Shown here: in pieces, positions 24,201 through 34,569 of the stretch
Numbering within the stretch: the stretch's first letter is position 1
How the letters are laid out: every line of letters begins with the position of its first letter
Assembly (NCBI GenBank): GCA_013265495.1
Contig: MU058645.1
Coordinates: 910,995 to 970,994, forward strand
Source: Vicugna vicugna
Taxonomy: Eukaryota
DNA length: 60,000 bases
Direction of reading: 5' to 3'
Program-made: the position numbers and the translations under genes
The notes under the pieces: model-generated
Seen by the model: the letters and a program-made list of their open reading frames with translations, nothing else
Told to the model about the DNA's origin: nothing
Databases searched by the model: none

Positions 24201-25334
24201 ACAAAGGACAGAACAGAGAGAAGGAACTGGAACATTCCCTTGATGATATTTCAGTGAATTGGGGGCCCGGATATTCTGAAGAAAGATTCCTCCAATCTAG
24301 TTATCTCTACAGACACACAATCATCCCTGGTCACTGTGAGTGGACGTGTATGCATGCGGGCGTAAATTACTCATGACTGATTGTGCCCAGATAACACACA
24401 CACACACACACTCATTCTTTCTGAAATTTGTGGATATGTAGCATATTTTAATTTAGGAGGGAAAGATTTAAGCATGGCAGTTAAAGAGGAAACATTTTTA
24501 AAGTTAATCATTAGTATGAACATCACCACTTACCATAGCTCTAATGTTTCTAGCTGTGTGGTCTCCTAGGTTTAAAAGCATTTATCAGCACCCCAGTAAG
24601 GAAAGCAAGTGTCCTGACCACCGCAGCAGGAAGGCATCACCTTTCAGCTTGGCCCAAGGAAAGGTTAATCCTTTGTATCCACAAATGGACATGCCTAGGC
24701 TGGCATGGCTGTCGACTGATGGTAGATGTGAGCCTGGCTGCTGCCCTCAGGCTGCTTTCTGGCCACTGAGTAGGGGGATGGGTTGGCAGCAATGCAGAGA
24801 AGAGTGTTCTAAGTCCTGGAAATCAGCCATGGGCGCTGCTGGAGAGGCAGTGCTTGTTCTGTCCGGTGTGGCATCAGCGCCAGACCTCGGAGGGAGGGAG
24901 GACGTCCACCAGCAGCTGGGAGGGGTGCGGGAGAGCCTCGAAGGGCTCCGTGAGTCTTGGGCAGCGGGGTGGTGGCAGCTGTAAGTAAAATAGAGCATGA
25001 AGTGGGCATCCTGGCACGTCTCAGTCGGGGTCCAGAGAGGGGAGCAGAACCAGGACGAGACACGTGCGTGATCCCGGCAGGATGGAGCTCCATGGCACAG
25101 ACAGGGTTTCTTCTCTCTCTGGGGAAGCCTTAGCCCTGATTTTAAACCAGTGGATTCAGTCAGATCCTCCAAGACCACCTCCCTTACTTAGTCAGCTGAG
25201 TAAGGACTTTGATAACGCTTCAGAATCCCTTCGCAGCCACACGGAGACTAGCGTTTGATTGAACAACCGGGACTGCAGCCTCACCAGGTTGACACACCAC
25301 CATGGGGGGTTGTTACTGCTAACGTAGGCGAGAG

Positions 25335-25545
25335 ACTGAGGCACAGGCTGCCTGGGTCTGACTCTGGCTCATGATGTGTCTGTACACAAGCTACTCAGCT
25401 GCTCCGTGCCTCAGTCTTCCCACCTACAAAATGATGATATGTACTTTATAGATGTATTACCAGGATTAAACCAGCTGACACACGTAAAATGCTGAGAACA
25501 ATATTGAAACAGAGCAAGCACTCAGTGAGTGCTTTCTATTTAATA
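25335..25545 (+). mobile_element. MIR SINE
   Basis: gctgcctgggtctgactctggctc...ctccgtgcctcagtcttcccacctacaaaatg...aggattaaa...aagcactcagtgagtg. Confidence 0.78.
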
Positions 25546-26769
25546 ATTATTATTACTGTTATTTAAGGCATGCAGGTGAGACAGTGCACATGGCTAACAT
25601 GACAAAAGCTACTTTAACAGGTTGTTGCAGAGCCAGGATTAGAGTTGAGGATCCAAGGATCCAGCCCCTTGGTGGCTATTTAGCATCTGTTGTGTTTGGC
25701 ACTGTGCAGAAGTGGAAATAGAATTCCCTCCTTGCTGAAACTGCATTCTTGCTGAAAATGTCAGACAGACAGACAGTAGCCAACCATGCATCTACATGTC
25801 AAAAGAAAAGAATAGAAAATGGTATCTGGAGAGCTCAGATGGGAAGAGATTCACTGCCCCTAGGGTCAGTCTGGAGAGATGCCCTGGGGAGGAGTGAAAT
25901 CTGTTCCTCTCCAGGGCTTCGAGAATGGGTGGGGGTGGAGGGGTGGAGAAGAGGACAGAAGGACAGACGGGAGGGGATGGCAGCAGGGGGCAGCATGGGA
26001 AAGAAAAGGCACAAAGGCCAGGAACATGATAATGGCACTTGGTTAACAAGAAAACCCCCAAATTCAAGTCTTCCAAACTAGGTACTAGATAGCACTGCTT
26101 CTCTTAGCAAAGAATTAATTTACCGTCTTCAGTCTTTGTATAGAAATCCCAAAGCACAGTCTCACAAGCTTAATACCACATCCAGAGATTAAAACACCTT
26201 TGTTCATGGTTTTTTCTTTCATGGAGTTAGGCTTCTCCTGGTGTTTCTCCAATGCTAGGCTTTAATTGAAGAAACAGATACAGCAGCTGATGCTCTATAT
26301 TAAAAAAAAAAAAAGCCTCACCCGTCTGGCACAGCTGAAGGATTTTATTTTACAAAACCTATAACCAGAAAACATTGGTTTTGCCTTTTGTACTAGAGAT
26401 GTGATGGAATTAAAGGATTCAAGATTGCAAAGCCTTCATGAATAATTTAGAATCCTCAAGCCTGGCAAATATCCGTGTGCTTTCTCTGTGCCAATATTGA
26501 GCGCTGACATTTGAAGAAGGTTTAACGGGGCTGAGTAGTCCTTAACTCAGAATCGTCTTCAACCACACATACCCTGCACATGCTCCTCTGAGCTGCTCTG
26601 TGTCATTTTATGCCTACAGCCTCAGAATTAATTCATTTTCAGTGTGACGGGGTCTACACAATTTATTGTAGAAAACACTTAATGGACATTTACGTAGCAC
26701 ATCCCAAATGATAATTCATTTTTGTTCTCATTACAAAAATGGTATTAGGCACCATTTTTTATTAGGTAG

Positions 26770-26915
26770 GAACCATAATGATGCTCCTTATGCAAATGAG
26801 GTAACAAAAGCACTGGGAGGTTGAGTCCCTTCTCCAAGCCATGCCCCAAGGAGAGGCGGACCTGGGATTCAGATGCAGGCTCTCTGGCCCCTGAGTCTCT
26901 ACTCTCAACCATTAC
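26770..26915 (-). mobile_element. MIR SINE fragment
   Basis: ttatgcaaatgaggtaacaaaagcactgggaggttgagt...ctgggattcagatgcaggctctctggccc. Confidence 0.65.
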
Positions 26916-27282
26916 AATGTCTGTCATATTGGTCATTAGGAGAGTAACAGAGGAACCCAACGGGTATCATAGATTTTCTGCTACGTGCTCGGGAAGGGTC
27001 AAGACTTTGGGTGGATCTCTGCCCAATTTGGAAAGTCAGCATGAATCCCAGCTAGCAGTTATTCTTGCCATCAACCTGGGAATAAGAGAAAATGTTCTCC
27101 ATTACCCCAGCAGGGCAACAACAAGGGACAGAACACTACAAGCCGACACTGCCAAAGTGCTGGACCAGATCTATAGCCCCACGCTGAGAAAAAGGCATTG
27201 CCAGCGCTAAAAGGAAGCAGTGGGACAATTTGCAGCCCATACCAGACGAGCAGCCTCAAGAACCCCACCAGGAGATGCTTAC

Positions 27283-27540
27283 TATTCTGAAAAAGTGTTG
27301 AATATTTATCAGTGCAGACGCTGATTTTCCCTCAAAGGTCATAAAGGGCCTTGGACAAGGAGGTGTCCCTCCAAGTGCAGAGATGCAGGCAAAGCAGAGG
27401 AAAGGGCCGCCCCAGCCTGGAGCACGCGGGGAAGGAAGAGGAGCGCAGCCCAGCGCGGCAAGCGCGCTCGCCGGCTGCCCGGGGCTTTCGCCGCTTCCTC
27501 GGTGTGAAGGACTCAGGAGTTCGCACCAGACCCAAGCTGG
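27283..27540 (-). other. CpG-rich patch with a minus-strand splice donor; candidate alternative first exon
   Basis: Dense CpG at 27405-27525; donor ATA|GTAAGC (27282-27277); ATG at 27342 reads 20 codons (MTFEGKSASALINIQHFFRI) to the donor; AAAGGTCA nuclear-receptor motif at 27334-27341. Confidence 0.25.
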
Positions 27541-29910
27541 GTGTGATCTGTCACCCAGGAGGCCTTGTTATCATCAAGTTGGTACAGGAAGAGAAGCTGG
27601 CACAGTGAAGTCACATAAAACAGAAGCCAGTATTTCATAGCGATAAAAACCAGTAGACTGGGGTTTATCTTGAACTGAAAACCACAAAAACAAATCTGTT
27701 TTGTTTACATGTAACATCATTTCAGGTTATTGTTAAACAAACAACGCATCAAGCATCAATGGAGGGAGATGTCACAATATGATACCTATCTTTTATATTC
27801 AACTTCTTTGGTACAATCAAAAGAGGCTCAGTTTTGCAAAAGTCAGAGCACTTCATCACTGCTTCCAAGGGTCCCTCATGATCCTTTAGAACATGTACCA
27901 TGTGACCGTCCTTGTCAGCGGGCTACTCGTCACTTGTCAGCTGAAACAGCTCTATCAGCTAGATGCTCACTTTTCAAGGCCTATCACTAGATTGGAACAG
28001 CTCCCCACCATCACTTTCATCAGCTTCACATAATCCCGCCTCTATTGCAAGACCCCGATTTCATTTTGCAAATGTTTTGTATGCAGAACAATGTCTGATG
28101 TACTAAAGACCATGATAAAATAAGGAACGTCGTTTCCATGAGTACTGGTCATTTTTCTGTTGATTAGTGTCTATTTTTATGTTATGATGACTTTTACTTT
28201 CTCTAAGCAGACTTGTAACCGAGGAGACCAAATCAGTAAGAACAGAGTAGAGGGGCCTCCTGTTGCAGCAGTCTCTCACAGGATCCTTTTGGTTTTCTTC
28301 TGGAGGACCTACAATAGAAAACTCTCAGGAATTTACAATCTAAGTATCTGGATCAGGTGAACCGGTAGCTCTCCAGTACCTTCCATTTTTGTTATGAAAA
28401 CTAATGGCATATATTCAAAAGTAGCCAGATAACAAAACTATTAAAATTGACATATCTGTAATATCCATTTTTAAATCTTTTTACAGGTAGCTTGGTAAGA
28501 ACTTAAACTGAATTATCACATGCCAAAAATAATAACAATCTGAGTAGAAAACACTGGTAAGCAAAGGCTAAGGCTGGAAGATACAGCATTCTGCTCATCC
28601 AGGGGGCTGTGCAGGGAAAAGAAGGGCAAGTAAAGGCTCTACATAAGGTATTAAATCCGAGGGAGACCAGCACATGATGAGTACCAAGACCTGCTGAAAA
28701 GAACATCCCCAAGAAGGAGACAGTATGAAAAGTGCTTCCACACTGGGGTTGAGGGAGTGAGGAAAATTCCACTCTGCAGATTCCTAACCACATTCTGGCT
28801 CTCACTGCATTTGGAGTCAGGATCACACTACCTGTGTATCTCCCATAACCCACAGTGTTTGTGTCCACAGGAATAGGGCAAGAACCTTAATCCTAGATCT
28901 CAAGGAATTCTTAAACATAAATTTCCAAGTAATATATTTTGCAATGCAAAATCAGGTAATACATTCAAGGATACAAGCCACCATGAAAAAGAATCAACAG
29001 AAGCAATAAATATCAAAAGCACCCCCCCCAGAATTACCAAATACAATACATAAAATACACAGCTACTATGTTTGAACAAATTAGAGAAGATATCAAACTC
29101 ACAATGCAAGACTACTTAAAAACTTACTATTTGAAAAAGAACCAAATAAATTTTCTAAGGTTGGAAAAATTTTAAGCTAAAATAATGATAAAGTTAGAAA
29201 TGCAAATGTTAGATTAAATCAGAAGACTAAATATCTTTAAAGAGAAAATTAGTGAACTGGAATATATATTTGAAGAAATATCACAGAATCAATCATAGAG
29301 ATTTAAGAGAAAGGAAATATTAAAGAGGAATTGTGAGATTAGGTCATAAAGTCTACCATACATCCAATTGAAGTTTCTGAAGGAGAATATACAATGGGGA
29401 AGAAGAAATATTAGAAGAGATAATGATTGAGAATTTTTCCAAATTAATGATAAACATAAATCTTCAGATTCAGGAAGCCCAACAAATTCTGATTAGGAAA
29501 ATAAATTCCAAAATACTAAGAACAATAATATATTAATTGGGAGGGGTATCATTAAAATTAAGTTATTCTAACATTCTTGTCTGCTTTAGAAAGAAAGTAA
29601 ATATATTAATAGATTTTAGATTTTGTTAACTTTATATTTTAATTTTTAGGGAAACTACTACAAGATAATACATTACTTCCAACCAGCAGAGGGAAAATTA
29701 TAATATGGAGGAAAATCCCAGTCAATGCAAAAGCAGGCAAGAAAGAAGAAGAAAAGTACTAAAAAAACAAAACAAAACAAACAAGCAAAACAGAGTGAAT
29801 AGAAAGCACAAAAATAAGGTGTTAGAAAGAAATACAATATATCAATAATCATAATAAATGTAAATGGATTAAACTCATCAGTGAAAAGGCACAGATTATC
29901 AGGCAGGATT

Positions 29911-29972
29911 TATATATATGTATATATATGTATACACACACATACACACACATACACACATATATATATATA
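29911..29972. repeat. Compound (TA)n/(CA)n microsatellite
   Basis: tatatatatgtatatatatgtatacacacacatacacacacatacacacatatatatatata. Confidence 0.9.
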
Positions 29973-30533
29973 TTACACTGGAGATACACCTAGGACTTAA
30001 AAACTCAGAAAAGCTGAAAATTAAGAGATATACACAAAAAATACTAACCAAAAGACAGTTGACATTAATAATAGGAAAAACAGTCTTTAAAGCACTAAAC
30101 AGTAGAGATAAATGGGGTCACTAGACCACAATAAAATGATCAATTGTATTATCAATTCTGCCAAAAGGATAGAAAAACCTTAAACTTGTATGCACTTACT
30201 AATATAAATTCAAAAATATAATTTTAAATGGAAGGACTTCAAAAGAAACTGATAAATCTACTAATATAGAGGAATTTTTTTATATTCTTTATTAAATAAT
30301 TAATAGGCCAAGCAATTTTTTAAAGTCAGAAAAAAAAATAGAATATGTGAATAACACAATTAATTATCTTGACTTGTTCCCTAAAATTGCAGAAATTGTT
30401 TCAAGCACATGTGGCACATTTATAAAATCTGAGCATATTCTGGGTCATAAGCTAAGCTTAAACACATCTCTAAAAAATTTTAATATACAAACCACATTCT
30501 CCAGCCCAGTGTAAATAAGTCAGAAATCAATAT

Positions 30534-30835
30534 TAAAAAGGTCTTTTACAGTGTAATCTTGTTTATCTATTCTACAATTTTAAAATCCCAGTCTATCCCT
30601 TCCCACCCTCCACCCCCCTGGTAACCACAAGTCTGTATTCTCTGTCTGTGAGTCTATTTCAGGGAAATATACACAAAATGTTATGATAACTCATAGAGAA
30701 AAAAATGTGACAATAAGTGTGTATATGTCCATGAATGACTGAAAAATTGTGCTGAACACTGAAATTTGACACAACATTGTAAAATGATTATAAATCAATA
30801 AAAAATGTTAAAAAAATAAATAAAAAGATCTTTTA
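30534..30835 (+). mobile_element. Young camelid-type L1 3' end with 5' inversion and 15-bp target-site duplication
   Basis: TSD taaaaaggtctttta (30534-30548) / taaaaagatctttta (30821-30835); antisense segment 30549-30660; sense segment 30661-30820 with AATAAA and A tail. Confidence 0.88.
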
Positions 30836-31339
30836 AACCCTCTGTACATGTGTAAAGTTAAAAATACCTTTTAAATGGCCTTAATTTAAAGAAACCATAA
30901 TTTAAAATAAAAATACTCCAAACTAAACAATAATAAATATATTTCATATCAAAATTCATGTCTTGCAGCCATATATCACTTAAAGAGAAATTTATAGACT
31001 TAAATGCTTGCTTTAGGGGAGAAAAAAGTCTTAAAAAGGCTGAAAGTTAACAAACTAAGTATACAACTTAAGTAACTATATAATGAAGAACAGAATAAAA
31101 CATTTAAAAATGTAGAAGGGAAGATACAGTAAAAAATAAGAGGTGATATTAATAAAAGAAAAAATGAAGACACCCCCCAAAAAAAGGAATTGAAAAAACA
31201 AAGCTGCTTTTTCACAAGGGCTTAAATCATGGATGATTCTCTTGCAAGATTTTTCAAAAAGAGATGATGCATACCTTAAAAAAAAAATCAGTACTCAGGC
31301 AAACCCAGGCATGTGCATCAAGGTTCGTGGAACTCACTG

Positions 31340-31690
31340 AAGGTGTTTCAAGCTATAAGGGATGTAGTGCACGGAATTAGGGCCTAAATGTTGCTAAAGG
31401 GTCTGAAAGAGCCTTTCCAGGTTGGACTTGTGAACATGCCTCTCGTAACACTTCAGAACTATGCCAAGGGGGGCTTCTTCTGAAGCCACCACTGCAGCTG
31501 CCATCAGAGAACCGGGATGCTGATGTCACAGCCATGACCACAATGGCCTCCTGTGACCCAGGACCTGGGCATGGACACTGGAACATGACACAAGAAACAC
31601 CCACACAGCCAAAAGGGGGCAAGAAAATTGCCTCTGCTTCAGCAACGGCCTCCAAATTTCACACCAGTGCATCTAATCAGTGAAAACTAG
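31340..31690 (-). mobile_element. Ancient LTR fragment (LTR78-like)
   Basis: ggacactggaac...cctccaaatttcacaccagtgcatctaatcag resembles the recalled LTR78 text; family uncertain. Confidence 0.4.
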
Positions 31691-31940
31691 TTTATTTCTC
31701 TAAAATAATCAAGGAGGGCTGAGCGTGAATTTACACACACACCCCTCACCTAACACACCCATCACCACCTATTTCCACTGAGCTGTGACCACTTCTCACA
31801 CACAAACACTGAAAATGCCTAAAATTAGAACACAGATCTTCCCAAACTTCACAAGAATCGAGAGAAAACAATTTGTTTAAGTTCCATTTTGCTGTCAAAT
31901 CAGACAAGGTGCCCACTGGCGCAAGAATCATCCTCCTCAC

Positions 31941-32174
31941 CATCAGCTGGAACGGTACTAAAGCTACAGGTACTGCACATGACGAAGTATAAGCGTTCTA
32001 CGGGCAAGTGGCTTTTTTTAGAAAGATGACAGAACTTTTGCTAAACTCTTTTAAGGCTGTTGTATGTGCCAGTTTACTGAAGTCTGAAGAGGTCAAAGAA
32101 GCTGCCGGGGAGCTTGTGTAATCTCAGAAAAGGAAAGCAAATCTCTTCCCAAAATCTTCATTTGGCTCAAGATC
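31941..32174 (-). other. Candidate 234-nt non-coding exon
   Basis: Acceptor ccctgtatgtag (AG at 32176-32175) and donor ATG|GTGAGG (31940-31935); stops in all three frames from the acceptor. Confidence 0.2.
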
Positions 32175-32273
32175 CTACATACAGGGTGATATTTAATGAG
32201 CAAGGGAACACAAATTTCAGCTTATAATTAGCAGATCACACACTAGATACACAGCACTGAAATACAACATAGC

Positions 32274-32318
32274 TATATATATATATATATATACACATAC
32301 ACACACACACACACATAT
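32274..32318. repeat. (TA)n(CA)n microsatellite
   Basis: tatatatatatatatatatacacatacacacacacacacacatat. Confidence 0.9.
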
Positions 32319-32330
32319 TCAGTCACCCTT

Positions 32331-32840
32331 TGTATTAGTTTTCTATTGTTGTATAACAAATTACAAAACGTTTAGTGGCTTAAAACAACATACATTAATA
32401 GCTCATGGTTTCTGTGGGTCAGGAGTCCAGGCACTGCTTAGCTAGAGTCTCTGCTCAGGATCTTACAAGGCTGGAATCAAAGTGCTGGCCAAGGCTGGAG
32501 ACTCATCTGAGCCCTGGTTTCTTTGCCAAGTTCACATGGTCATCGGCAGAATCCACTTTGTTATAGCCACAGAAATGGTAGCTTGCTTCTTCAAGGCCAG
32601 CAGGAGGGATTGTCTCTGACCTCTAGAATTTCTTTGAAAAGGTGCACCTGATTGGGCCAGGCCCACACAGAATAGTCTCCCTTTTGATTTAAGACTGATT
32701 AGGGACCTTAACTACATCTGAGAAAATCCCTTCACTTTTGCCATATTTTATTAGGTAGAAGCAAGCTAAATTCCCTCAAGGGGATGGAATTATACAAGGG
32801 TGTGGGTCACTGGGTTCATCTTCAAATTCAGCCCACCCTA
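32331..32840 (-). mobile_element. MLT1E-like MaLR solo LTR
   Basis: Begins tgtattagttttctattgttgtataacaaattac...ttagtggcttaaaacaaca; flanked by ccctt (32326-32330) / ctctt (32841-32845), a plausible 5-bp TSD. Confidence 0.85.
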
Positions 32841-34004
32841 CTCTTCATGTGGCAAAATTGCAAGGAAGCCTCTGCATATTTTCTGCACTTGGTCTGTGGC
32901 TACTGCTGTATTGCAGTGTTGAAATGAGCAGTCAGCCTCTCAGAGAACATTGCTTGTTGTTGTTCTATCTTCCGACCTTTTTAGTTATTCATTCAACAAA
33001 CATTTTCTTCCTGCCCACAGCATACTAACTACTGTGCTAAGTACTGTGCTAAGTACGGCATGTAATAGTCCTTGTCCACGAGGACATAACTCCTTACCCC
33101 ATTAGCTGCACAGGAACAGAGACAAGGGAATCTTTTGTTAGTCAGCCTGTTAGTCAACCTTTTAGTCAACAATTTTGTTGCATTTCTTGATGTTTTTCTG
33201 CTTAAACCTTTCTCCAGCATGACTACAGAGGTGATTATTAAGCATAATTTTATTATGCACATGAATGTTGGAGCCTGAGGCCAATGCCCCAAACCAGATG
33301 TTTCAGGACACCATGCTCTGTGTTTAGTATAAAAGATAATAATCTGTTTTAAACCAAGTACCCAAGTAAAGCTTCACAGCCTTTCTCTTCTAAAAATCAT
33401 CAAAGATAAGAGGAAACCTGCTTCAACAGCAAACGGTGAACATGTCAGGACAAACCACAGGTTTTCTTACCAGCATTCAAGCAAAGCTATGGTACAAAGC
33501 TGATAAACCTGGATTAGTCACCCACACTCGGGCATCCACTGAGCACCCAAAGAACTTCTGCAGTTAGCGAGGTTAGTCATCTGGGATTCAGATACTCAGG
33601 CAGATGGCCACTTGCCCAGTAATTCTCAATCAGTTTAACTGAATTTGAATCTCAAGTCGCCACACACATGATCTTGTAGAGCAGTATGAGTGGCACTGCA
33701 GTCAGACCCAGGTCAACGGCCCTGGAGCCTGGCTCACCCCGGAGACAACAACGTGGAGAGGTTACAGGCGGAAGACACGTTCAAGGTGTTTTCAAAAACT
33801 AAGTAATCACTTCGGCACTGCTCAGCTCTGCATACATCATGAGTAAATAAAATAAATTGCTTGATAATAATTATTGCTTTGAAAGAAAGTGGCATGTTTA
33901 TATTTTGTCTAAATGTTCCATTACCCTCGGGAGACAGCAAAGGAGCAGAGGTGTCAGCTGCCAGACCGATGAATGATTCGAAGCTGCAGTCACCTTTCAT
34001 GCCC

Positions 34005-34155
34005 TGTTATATAATTCTAATAAACAATGTATAAATAATAGATCATAATAGATATTATACACAAATTAATATATAAAAATCATATAATATAAATAATACA
34101 AAAATACATAATAAATATATAATTATATGTATTATATAATACATAATGTATAGTA
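34005..34155. repeat. AT-rich low-complexity tract
   Basis: Degenerate (TA/TAA)n sequence with very little G or C. Confidence 0.8.
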
Positions 34156-34380
34156 GTAAATCAAAACCTGCTTTAATAACAAATAAGCTGAGAAAAGGAA
34201 AAAACTATAAAATTGAGAAAGTTCTCTAGCCTGTTTAAATACATAAATGCCCTGGTCTGTAGGTCAGAATGTTTCCTTCACTTGACCAGATGGACACTCG
34301 GTTATGGACCCAGATCCAGTCAGTGTCCTCTATGAGTATCATCTAATCAGATAATTTAACTGATCAATGGCAGCAGCCAT

Positions 34381-34569
34381 AGGGAAAAAAAGAGAAAGAG
34401 AGAGAGAGAGAGAGAAAGAAAGAAAGAAAGAAAAGAGAAAAAAGAAGAAAGGAAAAGAAAGATAAAGGGGGAGGGAGGGAAGAGAGAGAGAAAGAAAGGA
34501 GGGAGATAAAGAGAGGGAGGGAGGGAGGAAGGAAGGAAGCAAGGAAGCAGGGTGAGAAGAAGGGAAGAA
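34381..34569 (+). repeat. Polypurine tract of (GA)n, (GAAA)n, (GGAG)n and (GGAA)n
   Basis: About 190 nt that is almost entirely A/G on the plus strand. Confidence 0.9.

Larger units (their letters stand above)
28560..31260 (+). mobile_element. Ancient L1 (L1ME-like): 5' region, ORF1 remnant and ORF2 endonuclease remnant
   Basis: ORF1-like A-rich text (attagtgaactggaa...tcttcagattcaggaagcccaac). 29839-29910 translates to ISIIIINVNGLNSSVKRHRLSGRI, the start of the L1 endonuclease. Many stops; interrupted by a microsatellite and a younger L1. Confidence 0.85.

Noticed and set aside
25978..25996. CTCF-like GGCAGCAGGGGGCAGCA
   Set aside because: Lacks one conserved core C and lies in probable decayed L2 sequence; too weak to call.
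33734..34000. 88-aa minus-strand ATG ORF ending at a GTGAGC donor-like site
   Set aside because: No recognisable homology and no clear promoter or acceptor; could belong to the candidate transcript but is unsupported.
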